This document shows, piece after piece, positions 54,383-62,667 of a stretch of DNA of 64,000 nt. The position numbers were made by a program, and so were the translations under genes. Position 1 is the stretch's first letter; each line of letters opens with the position of its first letter. This stretch comes from an uncultured Christensenella sp. (GTDB taxonomy: Bacteria > Bacillota > Clostridia > Christensenellales > UBA1242). The notes under the pieces were generated by a model. The model had not been told where the DNA came from, did no database searches, and was given only the letters and a program-made list of their open reading frames with translations. The DNA is taken from the NCBI GenBank assembly GCA_964434265.1, contig CAYSUK010000003.1, forward strand, positions 24,021-88,020, given 5' to 3'.

Positions 54383-54940
54383 TTATGCTCTAGAATAATA
54401 TTTACCGTCAGCTGTGGTTACGATAATCTTTTCGCCTTGCTCGATAAATAGTGGAACTTTTACCAAAAGTCCAGTCTCAGTGTAAGCATCTTTCGAAGCA
54501 TTTGTAGTTGTGCCACCCTTTACAGCAGGCTCAGTCTTCTCTACTGTAAATTCCATTTTTTCAGGAAGTGTAATTCCAAGAAGTTCGCCTTCAAATTGTG
54601 TAATATCAACATTCATATTTTCAATCAAATATTTTTTGTTGTCACCGATTTGGTCTTCAGAAAGTTCAAATTGGTCATAAGTGGTGGTGTTCATAAAATA
54701 GTATACTCCGCCCGACTCATATAGATATTGGACAGTGCTACGATTTATACGCGCTTCTTCAAATTTTACGTTTGTATTGAATGTACGCTCGATAATCGAA
54801 CCCGAACGCAAGTTGCGAAGTTTGGTCTTCATAAATGCTGAGCCTTTACCAGGTTTTACGTGCAAAAACTCAACTACTTGATATATGCCACCTTCGATTT
54901 GTAATGTCATACCATTTTTAATACTGTTTACGTCTATCAT
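54383..54940 (-). CDS. efp: elongation factor P
   Basis: 185 aa. NSIKNGMTLQIEGGIYQVVEFLHVKPGKGSAFMKTKLRNLRSG is canonical EF-P. Confidence 0.95.
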   Translation of the reverse strand: MIDVNSIKNGMTLQIEGGIYQVVEFLHVKPGKGSAFMKTKLRNLRSGSIIERTFNTNVKFEEARINRSTVQYLYESGGVYYFMNTTTYDQFELSEDQIGDNKKYLIENMNVDITQFEGELLGITLPEKMEFTVEKTEPAVKGGTTTNASKDAYTETGLLVKVPLFIEQGEKIIVTTADGKYYSRA

Positions 54941-54971
54941 AAATTACCTCTTTAATGTTTTAATTATTTTA

Positions 54972-55793
54972 TTATAATTGTGTCTTTGTGTCAACTTGTA
55001 TTTGCTCATTATCAACATTTTCTTTTATATCGTTCTTGTTGTTTTTTATATATTTTGTCCATTTGATATATCCATAAGTTGTGTTTGTGAGATATCCCAC
55101 CTTAAGGATTAGTAGTATCCATTGACCTGAAAGAATATTGATGACTGTTTCGAGTAATACTGCGATGTACCAAATAAGCCAAGTTTCGTTGTATCTAAGA
55201 AGCATTGTAATTCCGTCAAACACACTAACAATACTCAAGCATGCATCAAAATAGCACACAATTTTTTTGATTGTTTGATTACTATAAAAGTCGGAATCGG
55301 GCGAAAATCTCGCAACCAAATATCCAAGCACAAACGTCCCCACAATACATGACACTATCATAACTATCGACTGCCATTTTTTTAGTGTGCGGACTTCGGT
55401 CACATTCTCGTCATTTTTATCTTTATGTTTGTTCCAATTTAGAAAAGAAAGCAGATGCATCGGGAACCAACAGAATATAACAACACCCATCGACATAAAA
55501 CGTTCTTTCATAATAATATAAATAACAAGTTCTACAATGTCGACAAGTATGTATAAAAATTGTCCCCAACGGCTTTGTTTTGCAATAAGAAGTTCGCAGG
55601 CGACAGCAAACACTACATCAAGCACATAAAAAATGGTTACAAAAACACCGCTGACACCATTAACATCTTTTTCAGGAAACAAAAACATAAACAAAACCGA
55701 CAAAAAAATTAGGCTAAACAGCCATATTTTTTCATACGTAGTAAAATAATTCCAAAACCTTTTAAAAATATTTTTCTTTTGTGTATTTTCCAT
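54972..55793 (-). CDS. pnuC: nicotinamide riboside transporter PnuC-like membrane protein
   Basis: About 7 TM helices, Trp-rich, with size and hydropathy typical of PnuC. ATG 55793 lies 7 nt after a TATAAT box with no SD, so it may be leaderless. Confidence 0.55.
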   Translation of the reverse strand: MENTQKKNIFKRFWNYFTTYEKIWLFSLIFLSVLFMFLFPEKDVNGVSGVFVTIFYVLDVVFAVACELLIAKQSRWGQFLYILVDIVELVIYIIMKERFMSMGVVIFCWFPMHLLSFLNWNKHKDKNDENVTEVRTLKKWQSIVMIVSCIVGTFVLGYLVARFSPDSDFYSNQTIKKIVCYFDACLSIVSVFDGITMLLRYNETWLIWYIAVLLETVINILSGQWILLILKVGYLTNTTYGYIKWTKYIKNNKNDIKENVDNEQIQVDTKTQL

Positions 55794-55899
55794 ACCGACA
55801 ATTATAGCAAGTATACACAAAAAGTCAAATGGTTTTTGTTTTTTATAGACTATTTAGTTAAATAGTGATATAATTCTTTTATATTTTAAGAGGTGAAAA

Positions 55900-57165
55900 A
55901 TGAACAACATAACAATAGACGAAAAATTATTGGAACTTTCAAAGCAAGCCGAAATCGACTTAAAACCATACTTTGACGAAGCCGAGCGTGTATGTGCATA
56001 CAATTCGGCAAAGGTGTTAAATGCCTTTATCGAAAACAATGTCGCATATCAAGACTTTGAAGAGATAAACGGATATGGTTTTTTCGATGGCGGAAGAGAT
56101 AAGGTCGAGAAAGTATTTGCGCAAGTGCTAGGCACCGAAGATGCGCTAGTCCGACCACAAATCATGTCGGGCACAAATGCCATATACTTGACGCTATCTG
56201 GACTACTCCACCCAGGTGACACTTTGCTTTGCATTGCAGGCGCACCATACGACCCACTACAAGAGATAGTAGGAATCCGTGGCAACAGCAAACATTCACT
56301 CCAAAACAATGGCGTAAAATATGAGCAAATCGAACTTATCGAAAATGACTTTGACTACGATGCAATCGCCGACCGCATCAAAAAAGGTGGAGTTACAGTT
56401 GTCGAAATCCAACGCAGTCGTGGATACTCACACAGAGAAGGCATAACAATTGCACAAATGGAAAAAGTATGTGGACTTATTAAATCAATCGACCCAAATG
56501 TAATCATCATGATAGACAACTGCTATGGCGAACTTGTCGAAGAGAAAGAACCTACTGATGTCGGAGCCGACATTATGGCGGGTTCGCTTATGCACAATCT
56601 TGGTGGCGGAATTGCGACATCGGGCGGATACATTGCCGGCAAAGAAGACCTTGTATGGCAAGTTGCCGAACGTATGACATCGCCTGGCATCGGCAAGGAA
56701 CTTGGCGCAAACTACAACCAACTCATAAAGTTTATGAAAGGATTGTTCTTCGCTCCAAGAACTGTTTGCAACGCTGTAAAAACAGCCATCTTTACAAGTT
56801 ATATAGTCGAGAAACTAGGTTTTGAAGGAGTATCCCCAAGATACACCCAAAAACGTAGCGACATCGTCCAATGTTTTAATTTTAGAAATGCCGACGAACT
56901 TGAAAAGTTTTGCCAATGTCTTCAAAAAGGCTCGCCAGTCGACAGTTTTGTAACACCTATTCCTAGCGAATTCCCAGCATATCCACACCCAGAAGTTATG
57001 GCAGCGGGAAACTTTACACTAGGCTCGACTATTGAACTTACTTGCGACGCACCAGTTGTGGAGCCATGGACAATCTACATGCAAGGTGCTTTGACCTATG
57101 AGTATGGCAAACTAGGTGTGCTTATTGCCCTTACAAACTTTCTAAATTATAGAAACAATCAATAA
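55900..57165 (+). CDS. PLP-dependent methionine gamma-lyase family protein (YnbB / aluminium-resistance type)
   Basis: 421 aa. GYGFFDGGRDKVEKVFAQVLGTEDALVRPQIMSGTNAIYLTLSGLLHPGD fits that family. RBS AGAGGTG. Confidence 0.7.
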   Translation: MNNITIDEKLLELSKQAEIDLKPYFDEAERVCAYNSAKVLNAFIENNVAYQDFEEINGYGFFDGGRDKVEKVFAQVLGTEDALVRPQIMSGTNAIYLTLSGLLHPGDTLLCIAGAPYDPLQEIVGIRGNSKHSLQNNGVKYEQIELIENDFDYDAIADRIKKGGVTVVEIQRSRGYSHREGITIAQMEKVCGLIKSIDPNVIIMIDNCYGELVEEKEPTDVGADIMAGSLMHNLGGGIATSGGYIAGKEDLVWQVAERMTSPGIGKELGANYNQLIKFMKGLFFAPRTVCNAVKTAIFTSYIVEKLGFEGVSPRYTQKRSDIVQCFNFRNADELEKFCQCLQKGSPVDSFVTPIPSEFPAYPHPEVMAAGNFTLGSTIELTCDAPVVEPWTIYMQGALTYEYGKLGVLIALTNFLNYRNNQ

Positions 57166-57280
57166 TGGAAAAACAAAAAAGACACCGAGTTGGGATTATA
57201 TAATATTGTTGACATAAATAAAGCATGGTGCTAAACTATTATTAGTTATATTTTACAAAGGAGAAATATATATTTACGAT

Positions 57281-57919
57281 ATGGAAGAAAAGAAAAAGTC
57301 AAATTTAAAGATATCCAAAATATTTATATTGATTGGCCTTGTAGTTATAATTCTTGGCGCAGTCTTTTTGACAAAATCAATTATGGATTATAAAGATAAT
57401 AAAGAAGACTACAATAATGAATGTGCCAGGATTGATGCCGAATATAACCAAGCAATGGCCGAATATCGTCAAGATTATAACGATTTTAGAGAACGATTTT
57501 TAAATGGAGAAGCTGATATTTCCGATACTCCAGTTATGCCCCGAAAAAATACGGAATCTTTATCCGATCCAAAAATTCCTATAATGCTTCCTATTTCAAT
57601 AGTTATTATTGTTGGTGGATTGTCTGTTTTGGCTGTTGGATTAAAACCATACACCATGAAACTGTCTTTAAAACACAAAAAAGAAACATTGATGTATACT
57701 GGTGGAGATATAACCGATATCGGCAACACAATAGTAGACATTGGTTCGCCAGTAGTAACTAAAATGGTAGACGATGTTGTAGTGCCTACAGTTGGTAAAG
57801 TTAAAAATGTTATTGTTGGAGACAACAAAAAAACAAACGACAAACTTTATTGCAAATATTGTGGAAAATTGATTGATAAAGATTCGAAATTTTGTAGTAA
57901 GTGCGGTAAAGAACAATAA
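57281..57919 (+). CDS. membrane protein with C-terminal zinc ribbon
   Basis: Two TM segments and the C-terminal YCKYCGKLIDKDSKFCSKCG. The SD (AGGAGAA) lies unusually far from the ATG (15 nt). Confidence 0.5.
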   Translation: MEEKKKSNLKISKIFILIGLVVIILGAVFLTKSIMDYKDNKEDYNNECARIDAEYNQAMAEYRQDYNDFRERFLNGEADISDTPVMPRKNTESLSDPKIPIMLPISIVIIVGGLSVLAVGLKPYTMKLSLKHKKETLMYTGGDITDIGNTIVDIGSPVVTKMVDDVVVPTVGKVKNVIVGDNKKTNDKLYCKYCGKLIDKDSKFCSKCGKEQ

Positions 57920-57941
57920 TAAATATCTTTTATTAGTCAAC

Positions 57942-57985
57942 AAAAAAGAAGAGAAAATATTATTTTATTTTCTCTTCTTTTTTTT
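57942..57985. terminator. bidirectional terminator between the zinc-ribbon gene and glyQS
   Basis: 13-bp stem AAGAAGAGAAAAT/ATTTTCTCTTCTT with an 8-nt loop. Confidence 0.7.
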
Positions 57986-57995
57986 GTTTTATCTC

Positions 57996-59369
57996 CTAAA
58001 ATGCAATTTTGTCAGCGATATAATTTTGAAGTTCGGATATTGGAAGTCTGACTTGTTCCATTGTGTCACGGTCACGAAGTGTAACTGTATTGTTTTCAAG
58101 AGTATCGAAGTCGATAGTAACACAATATGGTGTACCTATCTCGTCTTGACGGCGATAACGTTTGCCGATAGAGCCTGACTCGTCATAAGTGCACATAAAG
58201 TGTTTTGAAAGATTTGTATATACTTCGCGTGCCTTATCGCCCAAATTCTTTTGCAAAGGAAGCACTGCCACCTTGTATGCTGAAAGTGCTGGGTGCAAAT
58301 GAAGCACAACACGAGTGTCGCCACCTTCCAATGTTTGCTCATCATACGCTTCACAAAGCACAGCAAGCATAAGTCTGTCAGCGCCTATACTATACTCGAC
58401 TACATATGGGATATACTTCTCATTTGTGACTGGGTCCATATATAACATACTCTTTCCGCTATACTCTTGGTGACGTGAAAGGTCATAATTTGTACGATTG
58501 TGGATACCATTTAGTTCTTGCCAACCCATTGGATACAAGTATTGGATATCACAAGCCGACTTTGCATAGTGCGCAAGTTTGTCATGGTCATGATAACGCA
58601 AATGGTCTTTATCAAATCCCAAATCTGTTAAGAAATTAAAGGCACGTTTTTTGTATTCTTCGTAGTGCCCCATGTCGTCACCTTCTTTGCAGAAAAGTTG
58701 GTGCTCCATTTGTTCAAACTCGATTGTACGGAAAATAAAGTTTCCGGGAGTAACTTCGTTTCTAAACGATTTACCTATTTGTGCGATTCCAAATGGCACT
58801 TTTGCACGCATACTACGTTGGATATTTAAGAAGTTTACATACTCACCTTGTGCCGTCTCTGGGCGAAGATAAATTTTGTTTTGCGATTCGTCGATGACAC
58901 CACGTGAAGTCTCAAACATGAGTTTGAACTCTCTAATAGGTGTCCAGTCAAAATTGCCACATTTTGGGCAAGTAAGATGATGCTCGTCTACATACTTTTG
59001 CATCTCTTCGTCACTCATAAGGTCAGGATTTACCTTGCCTTTTGCATGGGCTTCGATAAGGGTGTCGGCACGCATACGGGTTTTGCAAGCCTTGCAGTCC
59101 ATCTTAGGGTCGCTAAAACTTGCTACGTGACCGCTCGCTTCCCAAACACGACTATTCATAAGTATGGCCGCATCTACACCAAAACTGTTTTCGTTTTCTT
59201 GTACAAAACGTTTCCACCAAGCACGTTTGATGTTGTTTTTAATTTCTACACCTACTGGGCCGTAGTCCCAAGTATTTCCCATTCCACCATATATGTCACT
59301 ACCCGGGAAAATAATTCCGCGTGACTTACATAGATTTACTATTTTGTCCATTGTTGCTTTACTGTCCAT
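57996..59369 (-). CDS. glyQS: glycine--tRNA ligase (dimeric GlyQS type)
   Basis: 457 aa. IVNLCKSRGIIFPGSDIYGGMGNTWDYGPVG plus class II motifs. RBS AGAGGT. Confidence 0.95.
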   Translation of the reverse strand: MDSKATMDKIVNLCKSRGIIFPGSDIYGGMGNTWDYGPVGVEIKNNIKRAWWKRFVQENENSFGVDAAILMNSRVWEASGHVASFSDPKMDCKACKTRMRADTLIEAHAKGKVNPDLMSDEEMQKYVDEHHLTCPKCGNFDWTPIREFKLMFETSRGVIDESQNKIYLRPETAQGEYVNFLNIQRSMRAKVPFGIAQIGKSFRNEVTPGNFIFRTIEFEQMEHQLFCKEGDDMGHYEEYKKRAFNFLTDLGFDKDHLRYHDHDKLAHYAKSACDIQYLYPMGWQELNGIHNRTNYDLSRHQEYSGKSMLYMDPVTNEKYIPYVVEYSIGADRLMLAVLCEAYDEQTLEGGDTRVVLHLHPALSAYKVAVLPLQKNLGDKAREVYTNLSKHFMCTYDESGSIGKRYRRQDEIGTPYCVTIDFDTLENNTVTLRDRDTMEQVRLPISELQNYIADKIAF

Positions 59370-59453
59370 AATTACCTCTTTATTAAATATGTCATATTAT
59401 ATCACTATTTTTTCACTTTTGACAAGGCCAACAGCACAAATATCAAATGTTTT

Positions 59454-59482
59454 GCAAAAAAATAAAGGGCAACCGCCCTTTA
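59454..59482 (-). terminator. terminator after the LRR protein gene
   Basis: Stem AAAGGGC/GCCCTTT with loop AACC, then a T-run. Confidence 0.7.
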
Positions 59483-59484
59483 CA

Positions 59485-60816
59485 TTATCGTCGTTTTAAA
59501 AATTTGCCGATAAAATACAATGCAACTACAAACCCGCCCGCAACAAGCACGATAAGTAGTATCAAGAAAATGTCCGGGATTCTAAGATTTAGTGATGCAT
59601 TTATAGCGACACCACTCACCTTAGACTCAACACCGTTTTTCACACTCTTAAATTGGACAAAATACTTTCCGCCTTTATCAAGTGTTACTTCACGACCTTC
59701 TGTCCAATCGGTCGAATTAAACGAATAATACACCGTTGCATCTTCGTCAGCTACAAGGATTAGTTTGGCTTTTTGAGTGAGTTTTTCCACTTCAGTATAG
59801 CGTTTGCCATTTACTTCAAAAACATATTTTGGAGTAGTAGGCACTATACTAAAACTCGTCGATTCAAACCACATATAGTCTTCATTGTTTGTTGTATCAA
59901 TTTTTGTGTCATTCTTAAAATAGTCCACGCGATAACTTCCAACACCAAGTTCGACATCAATTATAGGCTCAGATCCATCACTAATTGTTTTGACCAAATT
60001 TTCTACATTGTCGCCGTTTGGGTCGGTTGTGATTTGATATATTTTTACTTTCAAATCACTATCGCCAGTGTTGTAGTATTTTATATTTTCACTTTGTTCA
60101 ATTGTTGATTTGTTTATCCCTTGAAGTCCCAAAATATAATTGAATCTACTAGTTAAACTGACTATGTCGGTAAAATTGTTGGCATAACCTATAATATCAA
60201 AATTGCTGTCACTACGTGCAATAGGCATATCGACATCTTCCAACGAATCAAATTGGTTGTGTGCAATATTCAAGACACCATTTCCGTCATCATAACCTGT
60301 TGTAACCATGTTTGATACATCGAGACTTGTCAAATTGTTGTTGTTTATAATCAAAACCTTTAGGTTTGAAAGCATGCTAATGTCGATAGAAGTCAAACCA
60401 TTGTTTGAAACATCTAAATATTCAAGGCTAGTCATTCCTTCAAAAACATCGGCTTCTATTGTCGTTATGTTATTGTTTGAGAGTATAAGTTTTTTTAATT
60501 TTCTAAGGTCAAATTTTCTAAGTGAAGTCAAATCTGTAATGCGTTTGCTTTGGTCAGGCGCTCCAGTGAGCATGTACGACAAATCAAGTTCGGTCGCGTC
60601 TTTAAAACTATTTGGATTTAGACTCTTGCCGGTAGTCGATACATTTTGCAACTTAGTATATAAGTTTGAGTCAGTAAACTCGCTCATTAAAATAGTGTCT
60701 GCAATATCAGCATTTGCACTACCCCTAGTTTTCACAAAATTGGGCAAAAACAAAGTCATGCCCACCGAAACTATAAGTATAATCAAAATTAAAAAATATG
60801 TTTTTTTCTTCGACAT
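59485..60816 (-). CDS. leucine-rich-repeat surface protein with N-terminal signal anchor and C-terminal TM anchor
   Basis: LRR units LKKLILSNNNITTIEADVFEGMTSLEYLDVSNNGLTSIDISMLSNLKVLIINNNNLTSLDVSNM. C-terminal FLILLIVLVAGGFVVALYFIGKFLKRR. Confidence 0.75.
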   Translation of the reverse strand: MSKKKTYFLILIILIVSVGMTLFLPNFVKTRGSANADIADTILMSEFTDSNLYTKLQNVSTTGKSLNPNSFKDATELDLSYMLTGAPDQSKRITDLTSLRKFDLRKLKKLILSNNNITTIEADVFEGMTSLEYLDVSNNGLTSIDISMLSNLKVLIINNNNLTSLDVSNMVTTGYDDGNGVLNIAHNQFDSLEDVDMPIARSDSNFDIIGYANNFTDIVSLTSRFNYILGLQGINKSTIEQSENIKYYNTGDSDLKVKIYQITTDPNGDNVENLVKTISDGSEPIIDVELGVGSYRVDYFKNDTKIDTTNNEDYMWFESTSFSIVPTTPKYVFEVNGKRYTEVEKLTQKAKLILVADEDATVYYSFNSTDWTEGREVTLDKGGKYFVQFKSVKNGVESKVSGVAINASLNLRIPDIFLILLIVLVAGGFVVALYFIGKFLKRR

Positions 60817-60997
60817 ACCACACATTTCCTAAAAATTATTTTTATCATTATACAACATATTAAAATATTTTCCAAAGTTTTTGTGACAAAATACAAATTT
60901 TGTATAAGTATTTTGCGTAAATCGGCCAAATCTATGTGCAAGTATAGGCATAGAATAAAAATTTTTAAATAAAATATAATTAAAATGGGTTTAATTA

Positions 60998-61026
60998 TTG
61001 ACACAAAGCCTTGTATTTGGTACAAT
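60998..61026 (+). promoter_or_regulatory. near-consensus extended -10 promoter about 150 nt upstream of tRNA-Ser
   Basis: TTGACA (60998-61003), 17 nt ending in TGG, TACAAT (61021-61026). Confidence 0.55.
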
Positions 61027-61142
61027 AACCTTGCAATTTGATTTGGACAGTATAATTTTGTGTATCAATCATACTTATTCATATCCTTTATCTTTGATAT
61101 ACCCCTCCATCTCAAAAACAACATACTGATACGCAAATCAAG

Positions 61143-61171
61143 TTGCAACCCTATTTTAATATATCTATATA
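61143..61171 (+). promoter_or_regulatory. proximal promoter of tRNA-Ser
   Basis: TTGCAA (61143-61148), 17 nt, TATATA (61166-61171), 8 nt before the mature 5' end. Confidence 0.5.
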
Positions 61172-61179
61172 TATTCAGT

Positions 61180-61270
61180 GCGGAAATACTCAAGAGGCTG
61201 AAGAGGCGCCCCTGCTAAGGGTGTAGTGCGGTAACACGCAGCGAGGGTTCAAATCCCTCTTTCCGCGCCA
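61180..61270 (+). tRNA. tRNA-Ser (anticodon GCU), CCA encoded
   Basis: Acceptor GCGGAAA/TTTCCGC, anticodon loop CTGCTAA, long variable arm TAGTGCGGTAACACGCAGC, T arm GAGGG-TTCAAAT-CCCTC, discriminator G, CCA. Confidence 0.9.
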
Positions 61271-61272
61271 AA
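61255..61272 (+). repeat. left copy of the 18-bp direct repeat CCCTCTTTCCGCGCCAAA (3' end of tRNA-Ser)
   Basis: An exact second copy lies at 61448-61465. Confidence 0.9.
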
Positions 61273-61300
61273 AAAAATGGCTATGTTGGGCCATTTTTTT
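61271..61300 (+). terminator. terminator after tRNA-Ser (T1)
   Basis: AAATGGC-tatgttgg-GCCATTT followed by a T-run. A near copy (T2) lies at 61587-61618. Confidence 0.65.
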
Positions 61301-61322
61301 ATTTCCCTATTATAATCACTAT

Positions 61323-61436
61323 ACGGGATTTGACCCTACGGGTTCAGTCCTGTCGGACCCAGACCGCACTGGCGTGCTCCCGTCTTGTCGTTCGCTTCGC
61401 TCTCTGTCTAAAAAGTGTCCACTGGACACTTTTCTT
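61323..61436 (+). other. GC-rich structured segment (candidate small RNA or relic of an integrated element)
   Basis: Local GC is far above background. Nested pairings: ACGGGA (61323-28) with TCCCGT (61378-83), GGGTTC (61340-45) with GGACCC (61355-60), and GCAC (61366-69) with GTGC (61374-77). A terminal hairpin AAGTGTCC-ACT-GGACACTT lies at 61413-61431. No credible ORF. Confidence 0.35.
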
Positions 61437-61447
61437 AACGAGTCGAC

Positions 61448-61465
61448 CCCTCTTTCCGCGCCAAA
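61448..61465 (+). repeat. right copy of the 18-bp direct repeat (att-like)
   Basis: Identical to 61255-61272. There is no 5' half of a tRNA in front of it. Confidence 0.9.
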
Positions 61466-61513
61466 CGTCAATATATTGTGGTCGTTTTCCAAATTAAACA
61501 CAATATGTTGTGG
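61466..61513. promoter_or_regulatory. pair of NrdR-box-like palindromes after the duplicated tRNA-Ser 3' end
   Basis: CGTCAATATATTGTGG (61466-61481) and ACACAATATGTTGTGG (61498-61513), centres 32 bp apart. The second box with flanks is 20/21 identical to the reverse complement of 39811-39831. Confidence 0.4.
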
Positions 61514-61547
61514 TGCTAGGTGGTCAAAAGACCACCTATTTTTGTTT

Positions 61548-61569
61548 GTGAGTAGAAAGTGAGTAGAAT
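61548..61569 (+). repeat. 11-bp tandem repeat GTGAGTAGAAA/GTGAGTAGAAT
   Basis: Same orientation and same position relative to the hairpin as at 39906-39927. Confidence 0.9.
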
Positions 61570-61586
61570 TTTGAGTCATTGCCGCC

Positions 61587-61618
61587 AAAAAAAAATGGCT
61601 TTTAAAAGCCATTTTTTA
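61587..61618. terminator. bidirectional terminator T2, paralogous to T1
   Basis: AAAATGGCTTTTAAAAGCCATTTT. The flanks GCCAAAAAAAATGGC...GCCATTTTTTATTT..TTATAAT repeat those of 61268-61317. Confidence 0.65.
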
Positions 61619-61689
61619 TTTTCTTATAATGCTTACCATATAAGATATTTTTATGCTCATTATTTGAGATGTTTTTATTGTTATAAATT

Positions 61690-62664
61690 TTACTTATACC
61701 ATATGCGAATAGTGTCCGAATACGTACTACCTACATACTCGACTTTAATCTCAACCATGAAGTTTGATTGTTTGAATCTAACAATACCCATATTAATATC
61801 CGAAGCATCTATATTTTTCGAATTACTTGTTATGGTATATTTTATACCACCTGTAGCAACATCTTCAAGAGATATTGGAAGGTTATTGATTATAGTAATG
61901 GTTTTTAGATCAAAATCACTATTTAAAGGAACATCTTCCGAATTAACCAAATAGAAAGCACTTTCTCCTTTATCCCACCAAATTCCCTTTTGCAAGTCAT
62001 TTGTAACTTCGACAGTAAAATGATTTTTAATTTCAGGATTAACAGTAGACTCAACCCAAATTGTCGTTGTGCCATAATTTTTACCTTCTACCTTACCATT
62101 TTGATTTACAGTCGCAATAGAAGGGTCATCACTCCACCAACGCAAACTACGTTTTTCAACGGGTACTGTATATGGTTCTATAGTATGTTCTACCACTTGA
62201 CTTCGGTTTTTGTTTAAAACAAGTTTACCCGGAACACCATCACTTACATCTGTCGAAAGTTTAATGGCGCTGATATCGTCTTCAGCCACTTTAACAACAA
62301 TCGAATATTGGACATCGCTTTTATCGTCTGAAGTAATAAGGATAGTGGCTTCGCCATATTCTAGACCCACCATATCATAAGTTTTTGGATCAATAGAACA
62401 CACCGCACCAGCACCGCTTATGGTTATATTTTTATTTGATGCGTATTCAGGATAAACCTTTATACGCAATTTGTCGCCTTTTCCTTCACCCTTGCCTATT
62501 TTTATAACCGAGTTTTCTTTATACTCATCACCTTCACTATCCAATACTGTTATACGTTCGACTGCTATGTAAGTGTATTGAGAAAGTATTCTGCCAGTAA
62601 ACGAGATAAAGTATATAAGGATAAAAGGCAAAACCAACAACATTGTTACAACTGCTTTTTTCAT
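61690..62664 (-). CDS. membrane-anchored protein with bacterial Ig-like (Big_2-type) domains
   Basis: N-terminal TM, then IATVNQNGKVEGKNYGTTTIWVES, a typical Big_2 strand pattern. A 3-nt gap separates it from the upstream permease gene. Confidence 0.5.
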   Translation of the reverse strand: MKKAVVTMLLVLPFILIYFISFTGRILSQYTYIAVERITVLDSEGDEYKENSVIKIGKGEGKGDKLRIKVYPEYASNKNITISGAGAVCSIDPKTYDMVGLEYGEATILITSDDKSDVQYSIVVKVAEDDISAIKLSTDVSDGVPGKLVLNKNRSQVVEHTIEPYTVPVEKRSLRWWSDDPSIATVNQNGKVEGKNYGTTTIWVESTVNPEIKNHFTVEVTNDLQKGIWWDKGESAFYLVNSEDVPLNSDFDLKTITIINNLPISLEDVATGGIKYTITSNSKNIDASDINMGIVRFKQSNFMVEIKVEYVGSTYSDTIRIWYK

Positions 62665-62667
62665 ACG

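Noticed and set aside
39736-61270. The 21-kb stretch between the two tRNA genes considered as a genomic island.
   Set aside because: It contains core genes (efp, glyQS, cysK). It has no integrase or transposase. Composition is uniform.
61355-61385. ACTGGCG word reminiscent of the ZTP (pfl) riboswitch core. Also GGTCCGACAGGA, reminiscent of SRP RNA.
   Set aside because: The partner motifs (CCGCCTGGGC for ZTP; the GGAA/AGCA loops of SRP domain IV) are absent.
61319-61612. 97-aa minus-strand ORF over the GC-rich insert.
   Set aside because: It spans hairpins, the att-like repeat and the palindromes. It has no RBS. The GC-rich structured sequence is a better explanation.
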